A stretch of DNA of 64,000 nucleotides from Thermoplasmatota archaeon (GTDB lineage: Archaea; Thermoplasmatota; Penumbrarchaeia; Penumbrarchaeales; Penumbrarchaeaceae): assembly GCA_965234725.1 (NCBI GenBank), contig CBDDUX010000038.1:8257-72256 (forward strand). The letters run 5' to 3'. Position numbers and translations under genes: made by a program. Below the pieces are notes generated by a model. It saw only the letters and a program-made list of their open reading frames with translations, was not told where the DNA came from and did no database searches. The stretch's first letter is position 1. Each line of letters begins with the position of its first letter. Positions 49,340 to 59,664 of the stretch are shown one piece after another.

Positions 49340-50467
49340 GTGGCTATAATTGGTGAGAAGGAGCCCCTCAACATGAATGGCAAGGGAAGAAGTCCAATTG
49401 GAGGTCTCCTCAGGGGTTTTAGGAAGAGACCCAACAGGTTCACCCAGGTACAGAAGTCGTTGAGAAGAAAGGGTGAAGGGAGGCTACCTTTATCATTCTA
49501 TGGAACCTCTGACATTCTAACAAAGGAACAATGGAAGAAGACCATTGAGAGATACAACCCAAGGGAAATGCTGGAGAATCTGGATAAGATAGAGGAGAAA
49601 GCCCTCCTTTCAGGAGCTGGGATCTCCGTTCCTGAGACCTATCTGTTGCTAGAAACCATGGATGACATGGAGAAGCTAAGGGAGTGGTTGAAGGATTGGA
49701 ATGATGGATTTGCTATCAAACCAGCTTCAGGGCACGGTGGGGCTGGGATAAAGGTGATCAACAGGAGGACCGCCGGGAGGTTCATCACGATATCGGGCAA
49801 GGGTATAGGATCCGATGATATCATGGTCCATGCTGAAAGGATCTTGAGAGGTTCCTACACAAGGGGAGAACCGGACCGGGTGATCGTGGAAAGAAGACTC
49901 ATCCTTGACCGATCGCTCAGAGAACTAATGACGCCGGGACTTCTGGATATAAGGGTGGTTTCATTGCACGGTTTCCCCTTGATGGCAATGACCAGGCTCC
50001 CCACCAGAAGGTCCAGAGGAAAGGCTAACATCCATCAGGGTGCAATAGGAGCCGGGATCTCATTATGTGACGGAAGGATCACATCAGCAACCTTGCTTCG
50101 AAGGAATGTCAAAAGGCATCCCACATCTGGCAGACAGATCCTTGGATTCAAGTTCAATATGTGGGAGGATATCCTCGAGGTCGCATCTTTGGCCTCGGAT
50201 GTTTCCGGATTGGGATTCGTCGGAGTTGACCTTACAGTAGATCTCAAAACCAAAGTAACCGTCCTTGAGGTGAACAAGAGGCCTGGGTTAGAGATCCAGA
50301 ATGCTAATAAGGCAGGTTTGAAAAGGCGGATACGCTGGGTGGAATCGATGGTTAAAAAGAGCGGGGATGACATCAAGGCCCTAGGTCCCGGTATCAAAGT
50401 CGAACTCTCAAGAAAATGGGATCAGAACGAATGGAGAAAACCATTGGAGAAGATGGAAGAGGAATGA
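49340..50467 (+). CDS. ATP-grasp, alpha-L-glutamate ligase-like (RimK-related / sugar-transfer-associated)
   Basis: 'FAIKPASGHGGAGI', 'DIRV', 'AMTRLPT..S.GKANIHQGAIG', 'GVD', 'LEVNKRPGLEIQNAN'. Confidence 0.85.
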   Translation: MAIIGEKEPLNMNGKGRSPIGGLLRGFRKRPNRFTQVQKSLRRKGEGRLPLSFYGTSDILTKEQWKKTIERYNPREMLENLDKIEEKALLSGAGISVPETYLLLETMDDMEKLREWLKDWNDGFAIKPASGHGGAGIKVINRRTAGRFITISGKGIGSDDIMVHAERILRGSYTRGEPDRVIVERRLILDRSLRELMTPGLLDIRVVSLHGFPLMAMTRLPTRRSRGKANIHQGAIGAGISLCDGRITSATLLRRNVKRHPTSGRQILGFKFNMWEDILEVASLASDVSGLGFVGVDLTVDLKTKVTVLEVNKRPGLEIQNANKAGLKRRIRWVESMVKKSGDDIKALGPGIKVELSRKWDQNEWRKPLEKMEEE

Positions 50468-51832
50468 TCAGGAGTGATCCTCCGGAGAGCTGTCCACAAT
50501 GAGTCTGATTACCGATCCCCCTTTTAAAAAGAGTATATATCCATATCTATTAAGGCGTTCAAGCGACCTTTCGAGGTCAAATTGAGGTGTTTTCAGATCG
50601 AGATCTTCCCTTTTCAGATCGAAGTTACCTGACTCTTCAGCCTTGGTCCTTAACTGAAAGAATATCTCTCTGTCGATCGGCTTCAACCTGTCCCTCCAAG
50701 GGTGGGATCCCATGGAGGATGTCACCTTCTCCTTCCTCATCCTTCTCTCGATCTCCTCCAGACCCCGTTTCATGAGCTCGCTGAAGAGTTCCTTCCCCTT
50801 TTCAAGTCCCGTGGGTTTTCGTGAAAAACCAGAGCCGTCGAAATGTTTTCCAATGCTCAACCTTGTCAGTGACATGCCAATTCTCAGGGCTGAAAGGGGA
50901 TCTACCGATGTTGCAGAGAAACCATCCCAGATCGCTTCCCTGTGGGCAGCTTTGCTCAGATCTTCTGCCATCTCCGAGATCGCTTTCTCTGTTGGTGGAG
51001 GAGTGTACAATGCAGTAAGTTGATACTCCAGGACATCCAGGTCTACAGATTCCTTCTTGGTCATCATTTCAGCGCTGTTCAGAACAAAAGGCAAATGGAT
51101 CGGGACCTGGACCTTCCTCAAGGTTTTGAGATATTTCACTTTTCTTATGACCGAATATGCGTTCTCGGTTGATCTTTCCTTCTTGAAATCCTTGTAACCG
51201 CTGAGTGAATCGAATATTGAATATCTGTACTGTCCGGAACCCTTCAACCTGAATTCGAGTGGAAGCTGAGAAAGTATGGTATTTGATACATCCATGGGGG
51301 TTCCGGAACCTCCGATCCTCATGGTCTCAAGCCCTTCCGAACCAAGACCACCCTCCCCATATACAGAAGGAGGAGCAGAGACGAAAAGAAGTGAGATAAC
51401 CCTATCAAGAAGGTCCTCATCAGCATATTTCCAGTTGGAAGAGGTCCGATATACAAACTCATCCGCAGGAAGGTTTGGTGGAGGGAGTGGGATCCTAGCT
51501 TCACGGACATCCTGGGCCTCCACTACGGTACGATATTGGGTTTCCATGGATCCATCCTTTCCGGATCCAAAAGGTAGAACTGCCTTCTCCGTCTTGCCGG
51601 GAACTATCTCAACGAACTGCCCCTCCTCTATCTTCCCTGCGATATCCTTCGGAAGAAGATAGACACGACCTCTGTCAATATCTGTGAAGCGGGAGCCTTG
51701 AAGCTTGATCGTGCCTGAATTGATGAAATGAACAAAACCGAAATCCACATGATCCCTGTCAAAGAGCAACATCTTCTCCAGTTTACAGAACTGGGAACCA
51801 AACTCCCTTTCAGATAATCTGAAGGAGGACAT
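50468..51832 (-). CDS. Hypothetical protein; degenerate MCM-like architecture (OB, AAA-like, winged helix)
   Basis: Long ORF abutting the upstream gene; order of segments resembles MCM but Walker A/B are absent. Confidence 0.55.
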   Translation of the reverse strand: MSSFRLSEREFGSQFCKLEKMLLFDRDHVDFGFVHFINSGTIKLQGSRFTDIDRGRVYLLPKDIAGKIEEGQFVEIVPGKTEKAVLPFGSGKDGSMETQYRTVVEAQDVREARIPLPPPNLPADEFVYRTSSNWKYADEDLLDRVISLLFVSAPPSVYGEGGLGSEGLETMRIGGSGTPMDVSNTILSQLPLEFRLKGSGQYRYSIFDSLSGYKDFKKERSTENAYSVIRKVKYLKTLRKVQVPIHLPFVLNSAEMMTKKESVDLDVLEYQLTALYTPPPTEKAISEMAEDLSKAAHREAIWDGFSATSVDPLSALRIGMSLTRLSIGKHFDGSGFSRKPTGLEKGKELFSELMKRGLEEIERRMRKEKVTSSMGSHPWRDRLKPIDREIFFQLRTKAEESGNFDLKREDLDLKTPQFDLERSLERLNRYGYILFLKGGSVIRLIVDSSPEDHS

Positions 51833-53065
51833 TCAGATCTTCCCTCCCTGGGACCTTCTCGCACTCCTCCTTTCTGCTCTCTTCATCTTCAGATAATCCT
51901 TAAGGTCGGTCTCAAGGTCGTTGGTTGTCCTCAACCTGTGGAAGTATAGAGCGGAAAGACGTCTAAGGTCAGAATATGAGTCCAGATCAAGTGTCAGATC
52001 CGCTGAGACCGGAGCGACTTTCAGGTCTACCCCGGTGGCTCTCAAGAAGCATTTTTCTGCTTCGGTAATTGCCATATTCCATCTCATTGCCCTTATTAAC
52101 GGACGTCCGAACTTATAGATAAGATATGGATATGTCAATGGGTTTGCACCCATCTTCCTGAGGGAATAGAACCGGTTAATGAACTTCCTGTTGACCCTGT
52201 CGAACCTAGTAATGAACATATTACCCATCATTAGATGTTTTCTTGAATCCCTTTCACCGAAGATCCCAAGATCATCCTTAATAGGGATGCCGAACTTATT
52301 CAGATTTCCGGAACGGGGATGGTTAGGGCCGACAGCCCCCATTGACGTCAGATCGTTCCTCTCGATGAAGACCTTGAGTTCCTGACGGGTTCCCATGCCG
52401 AACCTGATATCCGGGTCTCCAGGCCTTTCAAAGGCCCTTTCCAGGAACAATGAAAGGTTCATGCCGGTCAATAATGGGAGATCCCCACCTATAACAAGCA
52501 TATATTTTCCTTTGTAACCAAGGTCCTTAAGGACCTTCTTTCCGATCAGTATGTTCTCCCCAATGGACTCCCTCTGGTCCTCCACATGGAAACCGGATAT
52601 TTCTGATCTGTCAAGTTCTCGCTGGATCTGTCGCCTGGGGCCGATTATCACAGTCCTGTCTTTATCAAGATATCTACATTTCTGGACACCAAGGAGAACC
52701 TTGGAGATAGGTGCTTCTCCTTTCCTGGAAAGGTATTCCAGCAGGTCCTTCTTATTTCGTTTGTATATCCTGTCCCCGGTCTTCCCTGCGAAGTATAATA
52801 CCCTCTTCAGGAAATTGATATTCTGCTGGGATATCAGGTCCGGGTGGAGATATAAAAGGGTCTTGTTCTCTCCCACAATGTAATCATCCCTGTTGATCCG
52901 GGAAGCAAGACTGGCCTCAAGCTTCTTTTTATCAACATTCCAAAGGCTTGGATGGGAAATGCGAAAGAATACTCCTCTTCTTCTTCTCCTTCTAAGCTGC
53001 CGCTTGATCTTTGCATTTCCCGCCAATACGACTGTGGCGATACCTTCTATTTCACTTACGTCCAT
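51833..53065 (-). CDS. MobA-like NTP-transferase domain protein
   Basis: 'VVLAG', 'NKTLL', 'GGDLPLL', 'GNMF', 'RK..NP', 'LDLDS..D'. Confidence 0.7.
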   Translation of the reverse strand: MDVSEIEGIATVVLAGNAKIKRQLRRRRRRGVFFRISHPSLWNVDKKKLEASLASRINRDDYIVGENKTLLYLHPDLISQQNINFLKRVLYFAGKTGDRIYKRNKKDLLEYLSRKGEAPISKVLLGVQKCRYLDKDRTVIIGPRRQIQRELDRSEISGFHVEDQRESIGENILIGKKVLKDLGYKGKYMLVIGGDLPLLTGMNLSLFLERAFERPGDPDIRFGMGTRQELKVFIERNDLTSMGAVGPNHPRSGNLNKFGIPIKDDLGIFGERDSRKHLMMGNMFITRFDRVNRKFINRFYSLRKMGANPLTYPYLIYKFGRPLIRAMRWNMAITEAEKCFLRATGVDLKVAPVSADLTLDLDSYSDLRRLSALYFHRLRTTNDLETDLKDYLKMKRAERRSARRSQGGKI

Positions 53066-53203
53066 TCCACATGCTCCGGATCGAAACTATGGACTGGTAT
53101 CGATAATTGATGATATACAATTTGTCTGGGAAATGGGCATATGTGGTCCTGAGACCGTAAATTATTAACCAAGGTATGGAGCTGTTGATGTAGGAGCGGT
53201 GTC

Positions 53204-56200
53204 ATGAAGTATCCCAGGGCTGGTAGATCCTCCATATGGAAGGTGATCGCAGCTTTTTTCCTATTGATCGTCCTTTCGATCCAGTCTATCCCATCTGTTG
53301 GATCAGACATTACCCATATCAGCAGCCCATCAATGAATATCAATGGGAAGACCTCAGAGACCTCAAGAGGATTATCTGACGCGGTAGGTCTGGAATATAT
53401 CGCAATTGGAGAATCAAGGTTCCGGGATGAAATGGAACCTCTTATAGAATGGAAGACCCAGAAGGGCGTGAAGGCAGGATTCTTCCCAATGGATGGGGAG
53501 GGAGGCATTCTCGAAACGTATTCAGGCCGTGATATTCAGGAGAAGATCCGTAATTTCATTATCGATATCTGGACCACAGGTGGAGAAAGCGAAGGTCCCC
53601 TCAAATGGGTCCTGCTTGTAGGTGATGGAGAGATCATTCCCCCACGAAGGACCTTCGTGAACGGAAGTTCCGAATTCGGATCCGAAAATGATGAAAATTA
53701 TGTTCTTTCGGACCTCTATTACGCCGGTCTTACCGGTTCCTGGGATGAGGATTCAGATAATATCTTTGGGGAAGAGGATAGTTTAGTCCAGGAAATGGAT
53801 GCAATAGCAGAGGTCAACGTTGGAAGGTTCCCAGCATCCACTGAAAAGGAGCTTAGGACAATGGTCAAAAGGCAGCTTTCCTACGAGAGGGACCCTGCAC
53901 CGGGATCATGGACAGGATCAATGCTCCTTGCCGGTTCGTTGATGGATGCCCCAAATAACCAGGCATTGTTCGACCCATACAAGGATAACGCTTTCGAACT
54001 GATCACCAAGATCGAGGAAATGCTCCCTGATGACATATCACCATACCCCCTGCTGGACTACCCGAGGCTTGAGTGGGGAGGATATAACAGGATGTTCGAC
54101 ACGCTGAACGAAACATCCTTTACCAAGCATTTTGAAGCAGGATTCTCAACTGTTCTTCTCGCCTGCCATGGAGATATCGATGGGAACTGCACTCACTATC
54201 AGGGGAACAGTGGCGGTAGCTACCCCTACTGGGCAGATTATGGAGTATATTTCAATTATACAACCGCTGAGACGATCAAGAACGGGGAAAGGACTCCTTT
54301 CGTATACATCTCCAATTGTGATTCATTGAACTTCACCGAACCTGATGATTCCAATATGGAACGGTTGATGACAAACCAAAACGGGGGGGCTATTGGTGTC
54401 ATTGGGGCTTCAGTTACAACCTACAGGGGAGAGTATTTCGATGATACCTCATGGGGGAACTGGTGGCTTGCTGAAGAGTTCTTTGAGATATTAAATTACA
54501 ACACCTCAAGACCAGGGGAAGCTTTGTACAAGCTCAAAGAGGATTATGTCAATCATGTGAACATCAAGGACCTGGTACCTGCCGAGATAAGGATGTTCAA
54601 CATTGACAACCTGGCCTACAATCTTCTGGGGGATCCAGAAGTTCCCCTTTGGTTAAGATCCCCTAAGAAATTAAACATAGAATATCCTGAGGAATTTTAC
54701 CAGGGTAATACTTCCATTGAGATCAGGGTGAGGGATGAGGAAACAGGGGCTTTTGTGGATCGAGCAACCGTTTGCCTGATGGACCCAGATAATGGTTCCA
54801 TATACAAGGTCTATAGGTCTAATAACTATGGCGAGGTCCAGATCCCACTTGTAATGGATGACCTTGGTGAACTCCTTCTCACGGTCACAAAGGAAGGATA
54901 TCTCCCCTCTGAGAAGATCATAGATGTGGTTTCTCTAAGGAATGTAAGGATCACGGGAGAACCAACCCTTGACCCATCCATTCCGATATATGGAAGACCA
55001 TTCAGTGTCACTGTCACTGTTGGAAACACGGGCAACTCGATCCTTGAGGGGGTTACACTTTACGTTGAACTCCTGTCCCCCGATACGTCCCAGCGGATCC
55101 AAATACCAGAGGAAGGCATGGGAACCGCATTCCGATTATTATCAGGAGAGATCATCAACAAGACCATCACATTTGACTCGCCATTCCATAGTCTCAATGG
55201 ATCCAGTACAAACAAGCTGACGGCATGGGTGGAGGTCCCCCCTGGGCCTCTGGAGAATGATATTTCGGACAACAGTATCTCAATCCAATTCAGAGCCAAT
55301 GAAGAGCCTTCCCTTATCGGTCTGCCATCAGGCTTCCGGATCCCGGAGGATTCCAGTCTATCTGGGATCAATAAGACCTTGGACCTTTCAGGCCTGGTCA
55401 TCGACGATGATTTTCCCGAGGAGTTGACATTCTGGACATCTGTGATCTCAGGTAATATGACAACGGAGATATCAAAGGAAGACCGTCTGGATGTCATACC
55501 TGAAAATGATTGGAACGGAGATGGGCAGATACGGGTCTTCGCTTCCGATGGTTCTGTGACAGTCAGCAGAATGTTGGGTGTGATCGTTGAACCAGTCCCT
55601 GACCCACCTGTTTTCCGATCATGGCCAGATACCGTGGAAGGACTTGAAGATGAACCAGTAACCTTCCTGATCGAACTGATCGATGTGGATACCAATGATG
55701 GAGATCTGAACTTAACCGCCCCAGGATGGGAGAACATCAGTTTCAAGAGGTTGGAGAACCGGACCTCATTTGTATTCGAGGTTAACCTGACACCAAGAGA
55801 GGAGGACCTGGGTCCGTCGGTCCTATTAATTATTGCAAGGGATGAGAGCAATCTCACTGCTGAGGTCAAGATCAGTCTGGACATCGATACAACGAACGAT
55901 CCTCCTGAAGCAGAGTTCGATCCAAAGATCAGGGTTGAAAAAGGGAAGAGGATCAAGATCCCGATGATGATCACGGATCGTGATAACGATCTGGAGATCC
56001 GTGTAGGAGTTTTGGGACTCATTGTTGCGGGTTACACGTATGAGAACGGATTACTTACGATAACACCTGTTGACGGATTGGAGACAGGGACATATCAGGT
56101 GGACATCTGGATCGATGATACTGGTACAAGGGGTAACAGAACATACAGGGCCGAGATCGAAGTGGTGGATAAGGAGAATAGTCCCATCATCTTGACATTC

Positions 56201-56557
56201 ATCTTGTTGGTCCTTGTAATAATAATTGTCCTGGTAGGTTATGGTGTATTCGTAAGGTCACAGGAGAACAAGCAGAAGAAAATGCTCGACCGTGTTGGGG
56301 ATGAGGTATTACTTTCAAAAATAAAAAGAAAGAAGAAGAGGGGAAAGGAACCGCAAAGAAGTTCCCGAAAAGGTTCCATCGAGGCTCCCCCTGTCCCGAA
56401 TGAACTGGAGGGTGTGCTCGCTAGGAAAGGTATCGAGGAGATCGAATCCGAGGATTGGAATGTTACAGAATATGATGAGGTCACGGCATTCAAGGACCTG
56501 GAATCGGAACTTGAAGAAGTAATAGATGAACTCTATCCCGGTTCGGATGACAGATAA
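53204..56557 (+). CDS. C25 (gingipain) cysteine peptidase with CARDB / cadherin-like domains and C-terminal TM
   Basis: 'LIEWKTQKG', 'WVLLVGD', 'SDLYYA', 'VGRFP', His 'CHG', Cys 'SNCD', 'GGAIG', 'YNLLGDP'. Confidence 0.88.
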   Translation: MKYPRAGRSSIWKVIAAFFLLIVLSIQSIPSVGSDITHISSPSMNINGKTSETSRGLSDAVGLEYIAIGESRFRDEMEPLIEWKTQKGVKAGFFPMDGEGGILETYSGRDIQEKIRNFIIDIWTTGGESEGPLKWVLLVGDGEIIPPRRTFVNGSSEFGSENDENYVLSDLYYAGLTGSWDEDSDNIFGEEDSLVQEMDAIAEVNVGRFPASTEKELRTMVKRQLSYERDPAPGSWTGSMLLAGSLMDAPNNQALFDPYKDNAFELITKIEEMLPDDISPYPLLDYPRLEWGGYNRMFDTLNETSFTKHFEAGFSTVLLACHGDIDGNCTHYQGNSGGSYPYWADYGVYFNYTTAETIKNGERTPFVYISNCDSLNFTEPDDSNMERLMTNQNGGAIGVIGASVTTYRGEYFDDTSWGNWWLAEEFFEILNYNTSRPGEALYKLKEDYVNHVNIKDLVPAEIRMFNIDNLAYNLLGDPEVPLWLRSPKKLNIEYPEEFYQGNTSIEIRVRDEETGAFVDRATVCLMDPDNGSIYKVYRSNNYGEVQIPLVMDDLGELLLTVTKEGYLPSEKIIDVVSLRNVRITGEPTLDPSIPIYGRPFSVTVTVGNTGNSILEGVTLYVELLSPDTSQRIQIPEEGMGTAFRLLSGEIINKTITFDSPFHSLNGSSTNKLTAWVEVPPGPLENDISDNSISIQFRANEEPSLIGLPSGFRIPEDSSLSGINKTLDLSGLVIDDDFPEELTFWTSVISGNMTTEISKEDRLDVIPENDWNGDGQIRVFASDGSVTVSRMLGVIVEPVPDPPVFRSWPDTVEGLEDEPVTFLIELIDVDTNDGDLNLTAPGWENISFKRLENRTSFVFEVNLTPREEDLGPSVLLIIARDESNLTAEVKISLDIDTTNDPPEAEFDPKIRVEKGKRIKIPMMITDRDNDLEIRVGVLGLIVAGYTYENGLLTITPVDGLETGTYQVDIWIDDTGTRGNRTYRAEIEVVDKENSPIILTFILLVLVIIIVLVGYGVFVRSQENKQKKMLDRVGDEVLLSKIKRKKKRGKEPQRSSRKGSIEAPPVPNELEGVLARKGIEEIESEDWNVTEYDEVTAFKDLESELEEVIDELYPGSDDR

Positions 56558-56603
56558 TCCTTAAATATCAAACCTGCTTGTAGTGACCCCTCGAGGCGCT
56601 ATC

Positions 56604-56822
56604 ATGCCAATAAGACCACTGAACTTGCTCAAAGAATCCCTCTCGAACAGGGTCATCGTTGAACTTAAGGGAGGAAGGGAGTTCAGGGGTACACTCGATG
56701 GATACGACGTCCACATGAACCTTGTCCTGATGGAGGCCGAGGAGATCATGGATGGCGAGGTGGTCAAGAAATCCAGAACCACCATCGTCCGAGGGGACAA
56801 CGTGATCTACATCTCACCATAA
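56604..56822 (+). CDS. Sm-like (LSm) protein
   Basis: 'RPLNLL..SL...[27 protein letters not shown]...[12 protein letters not shown]'. Confidence 0.95.
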   Translation: MPIRPLNLLKESLSNRVIVELKGGREFRGTLDGYDVHMNLVLMEAEEIMDGEVVKKSRTTIVRGDNVIYISP

Positions 56823-56834
56823 GGAGGAGCTAAA

Positions 56835-57005
56835 ATGTCAAAGGGAACTCCGGCACAGGGAAAGAGGCAGAAAAGCCTCCATATCAGATGCAGAAGGTGC
56901 GGCAGGCACTCATATCATATGAGACAGAAGGCTTGCTCATCATGCGGATTCGGTAACACCGCAAAGATCAGGTCCTATGCATGGGCAAAGACCCATCGAC
57001 CATGA
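56835..57005 (+). CDS. rpl37e: 50S ribosomal protein L37e
   Basis: Not in the ORF track; manual translation MSKGTPAQGKRQKSLHIRCRRCGRHSYHMRQKACSSCGFG...; GGAGG RBS; conserved Sm-L37e linkage. Confidence 0.95.
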   Translation: MSKGTPAQGKRQKSLHIRCRRCGRHSYHMRQKACSSCGFGNTAKIRSYAWAKTHRP

Positions 57006-57022
57006 TCGTTACGTCATACCTT

Positions 57023-58489
57023 TCAATCCCTGAACCCTACTCCTGAAGAAGATAGTACGGTTTCCTTCCATCTTTTATCCAGTGCATTTGATAGAATGAT
57101 TATTGCAACCACTCCAAGAATGATCATGGAAGTAATTCCAAAAAGGGATACGATGGGAAGGTCCACCATAAGGAATGATAACATGGTTGAGAACATCAAA
57201 GGAAGGACCGTGAACACCATATATCTCAAGAATACAGAAGAATCGAAGATCAGTGAATTGGTCCATAATCCTGTCAGATATGCTGTGACGAAACCCATGT
57301 AGGGAACTGCCACGAGGATCAGTGGTACCCCGTACAAAAGTCCCTGAAGATCACCCGTAATGATCGACATTGCAACAAGGAATACCAGGGAAATGGGTAG
57401 GGAGATGACAAGGTATACCCTTAGTTTTACTCTGATGAGTTGGGGTGTATCTATTGGGATCGTCTGATCGAACTCAAGGAAATCGATATTGGTAAGATGG
57501 GTATAGATCGAGATGGTAAAAAATGAGACCATTACCGCAAAGAACGTGAGATTGAAAGATACTGGAATACTCTCCAATCCGGACAGGATACCAATCATCC
57601 CTGACATCACAATAAGTGGAAAAAGTAATGAAAAACCGATCCTAATGTAGGCTTTCCCCCTTATCAATCCCAGAAGCTCCCGTGAGAACAATGAGCGGGA
57701 AACTACATCACGAGGGTATAGAACACGGGACAAGGACATCACATTGTTATAGGACCCGGGTGAGTTGGTCCTGGAACTTCTTTCCCCACCATCGAATACC
57801 AAAGTTCCGATGGTAATATAGATCGATACAAGAAGGATCGTGATCAATATGAAGGTCCATGAGTCATATTCGACAGCTAGCAATCCCGGAACGAATCCTC
57901 TTACATCATATGTTATGATCTGGATAATGATCAGAGGGAGGATGGATAGAGGTACGAAAAGAAGCATTCTTCTTTTTGTGTTGTTTAATGCTGAGGACAC
58001 AAGCATGCTCAGGGAAAGACCAAGGAGGAATGTGGACCATTGCGCAAATGTGATGAGCAGAACCCTGTCGATTGGGATGGGTCTGATGATCAACCCCAGC
58101 AATAATCCTGATGTCATCGGCATCAGAACGAGGAATATATAGAACACAAGGTCATGGAAGAAATAGGCAAGATACATCTTTCTCTCCCCCACAGGTTGGT
58201 ACCTTGTCGATGCAGAGAGCATTGTCACCGGACCAAGCGACCTCTCTATGAACTCCTTGCCCAGGAAAGCAATTCCTCCCATGGATACACCGAACATGAA
58301 AAGAGAACCGAGGACCGCAGTGTGTATCTGTTCATAGGTGAAGGATCCCGCAAGATCGGGAAGGAAGATATATCCGCACATAGCACCGATCAGAATGACC
58401 TCGGGGAAGATTATTAGTGAGAGTGAGGATGAGAAGGATCTTCTCAACCTTATCTCCTCTATGAGGAAAAGTCTCACCAGCTTCCACAT
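57023..58489 (-). CDS. Polytopic membrane protein, ABC-2 permease-like
   Basis: About 12 TMs in two similar halves ('EEIRL', 'RELLGL', 'QTIPI'); ATG at 58489. Confidence 0.65.
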   Translation of the reverse strand: MWKLVRLFLIEEIRLRRSFSSSLSLIIFPEVILIGAMCGYIFLPDLAGSFTYEQIHTAVLGSLFMFGVSMGGIAFLGKEFIERSLGPVTMLSASTRYQPVGERKMYLAYFFHDLVFYIFLVLMPMTSGLLLGLIIRPIPIDRVLLITFAQWSTFLLGLSLSMLVSSALNNTKRRMLLFVPLSILPLIIIQIITYDVRGFVPGLLAVEYDSWTFILITILLVSIYITIGTLVFDGGERSSRTNSPGSYNNVMSLSRVLYPRDVVSRSLFSRELLGLIRGKAYIRIGFSLLFPLIVMSGMIGILSGLESIPVSFNLTFFAVMVSFFTISIYTHLTNIDFLEFDQTIPIDTPQLIRVKLRVYLVISLPISLVFLVAMSIITGDLQGLLYGVPLILVAVPYMGFVTAYLTGLWTNSLIFDSSVFLRYMVFTVLPLMFSTMLSFLMVDLPIVSLFGITSMIILGVVAIIILSNALDKRWKETVLSSSGVGFRD

Positions 58490-58521
58490 GGGGGAAAAAT
58501 AACAAAGGTCCACTTAACGGT

Positions 58522-59310
58522 TTACCCGTTAATATCCGCAAACGAAGGGTCCTTAAGAAGAGGTAGCAGGTCTAAAATATTAGTGATCGTGGGTGTATTG
58601 ATCTCAACTCCTTCCGGAGGTTCACCATCAGTATGGTATTCTCGTGTGTATACGGCCTTCATCCTGACATTCATTGATCCAAGGATATCTGTCCGGTACC
58701 TGTCACCAACATAGACCGTTCTTTCGGGCCGGATATCCATCTCATCAAGGGCCATTTCAAAGATCTCGGGATGGGGTTTGGTCATTCCCACCTCTGATGA
58801 TATGATCAACGGATCGAAATATCTCTGAAGGTCCTCTTTTTCCAGGAAGGATCTTATTGCCGTGCCATCCATGGCATTGGAGATCAGGCCTACCTTGAGT
58901 TCCGAACCATCCAGGGTCCTTGTTGATCTCAGGATATTTAGAACATATCTAGAGGAGGATCTCATGTTCAGGCAAGCTGAAAAACTATCGGAATGAGTGG
59001 AAGAAAGTCGTTCGAAGAGGTCCGAACCATTATTTGTAAGCTTCTTGAGCTCAGTAGCGATCATCTGACTCCTGTATTCCACCGATGATTCCCACAGTGT
59101 CTCGTCAGCTCTTTTCCTTTCCTGCTTTACAACGGATCTGAATAGTTCCAGAAAGGTCCTGAAAGGGACCTCTTCTTCTGTCAGACCGGATGAACTGTAC
59201 CACCTTACAACAAATTCCATGGAATCCCTTGGAGTAAAGGGAATGAGGGTGTTTCCCAGATCGAATAGAACACCTTCAAAAAGGAAAGCCGAATCCATCC
59301 TATCAGCCAT
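58522..59310 (-). CDS. HAD-superfamily hydrolase
   Basis: 'LFDLGNTL', 'LISN', 'KPHPEIF', 'YVGD...DI.G'. Confidence 0.9.
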   Translation of the reverse strand: MADRMDSAFLFEGVLFDLGNTLIPFTPRDSMEFVVRWYSSSGLTEEEVPFRTFLELFRSVVKQERKRADETLWESSVEYRSQMIATELKKLTNNGSDLFERLSSTHSDSFSACLNMRSSSRYVLNILRSTRTLDGSELKVGLISNAMDGTAIRSFLEKEDLQRYFDPLIISSEVGMTKPHPEIFEMALDEMDIRPERTVYVGDRYRTDILGSMNVRMKAVYTREYHTDGEPPEGVEINTPTITNILDLLPLLKDPSFADING

Positions 59311-59316
59311 CAGTGA

Positions 59317-59664
59317 TTATCGGGCCTTGTTGAAGTAGTTGGCAAGGTAGGTGAAAAGAGCACCACCAATGATGATCGGCCACGCGACCTCGGGTTTTCC
59401 GTTCTGGGCCTCGTATACTCCCCAGAGAATGATTATCATACCGATGGGAGTAACGAAGTGATAAGCCCATCTCATTAAGTAGAATATCCTAGCAGCAGTG
59501 GATACTCTCCTCTTGGGTGTTGGAGGCGCCTTGGGTCCGCTTACCCCTGTATTCCGTGGTGCCGCTCTCCTTACACCTGCACTAACCCTTTGTTGCAAGA
59601 AATCCACTCCTTTTCTCCGGGTCAATGTCTTAAGGGTAGAATAAGGTTGTTGTCCAAGTATCAA
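59317..59664 (-). CDS. Small hypothetical membrane protein
   Basis: Basic N-terminus and two TMs; start uncertain. Confidence 0.55.
   Translation of the reverse strand: MILGQQPYSTLKTLTRRKGVDFLQQRVSAGVRRAAPRNTGVSGPKAPPTPKRRVSTAARIFYLMRWAYHFVTPIGMIIILWGVYEAQNGKPEVAWPIIIGGALFTYLANYFNKAR

Noticed and set aside
55060..56022. 320-aa antisense ORF (and many similar Ser-rich antisense ORFs)
   Set aside because: Shadow of a well-supported gene on the opposite strand.
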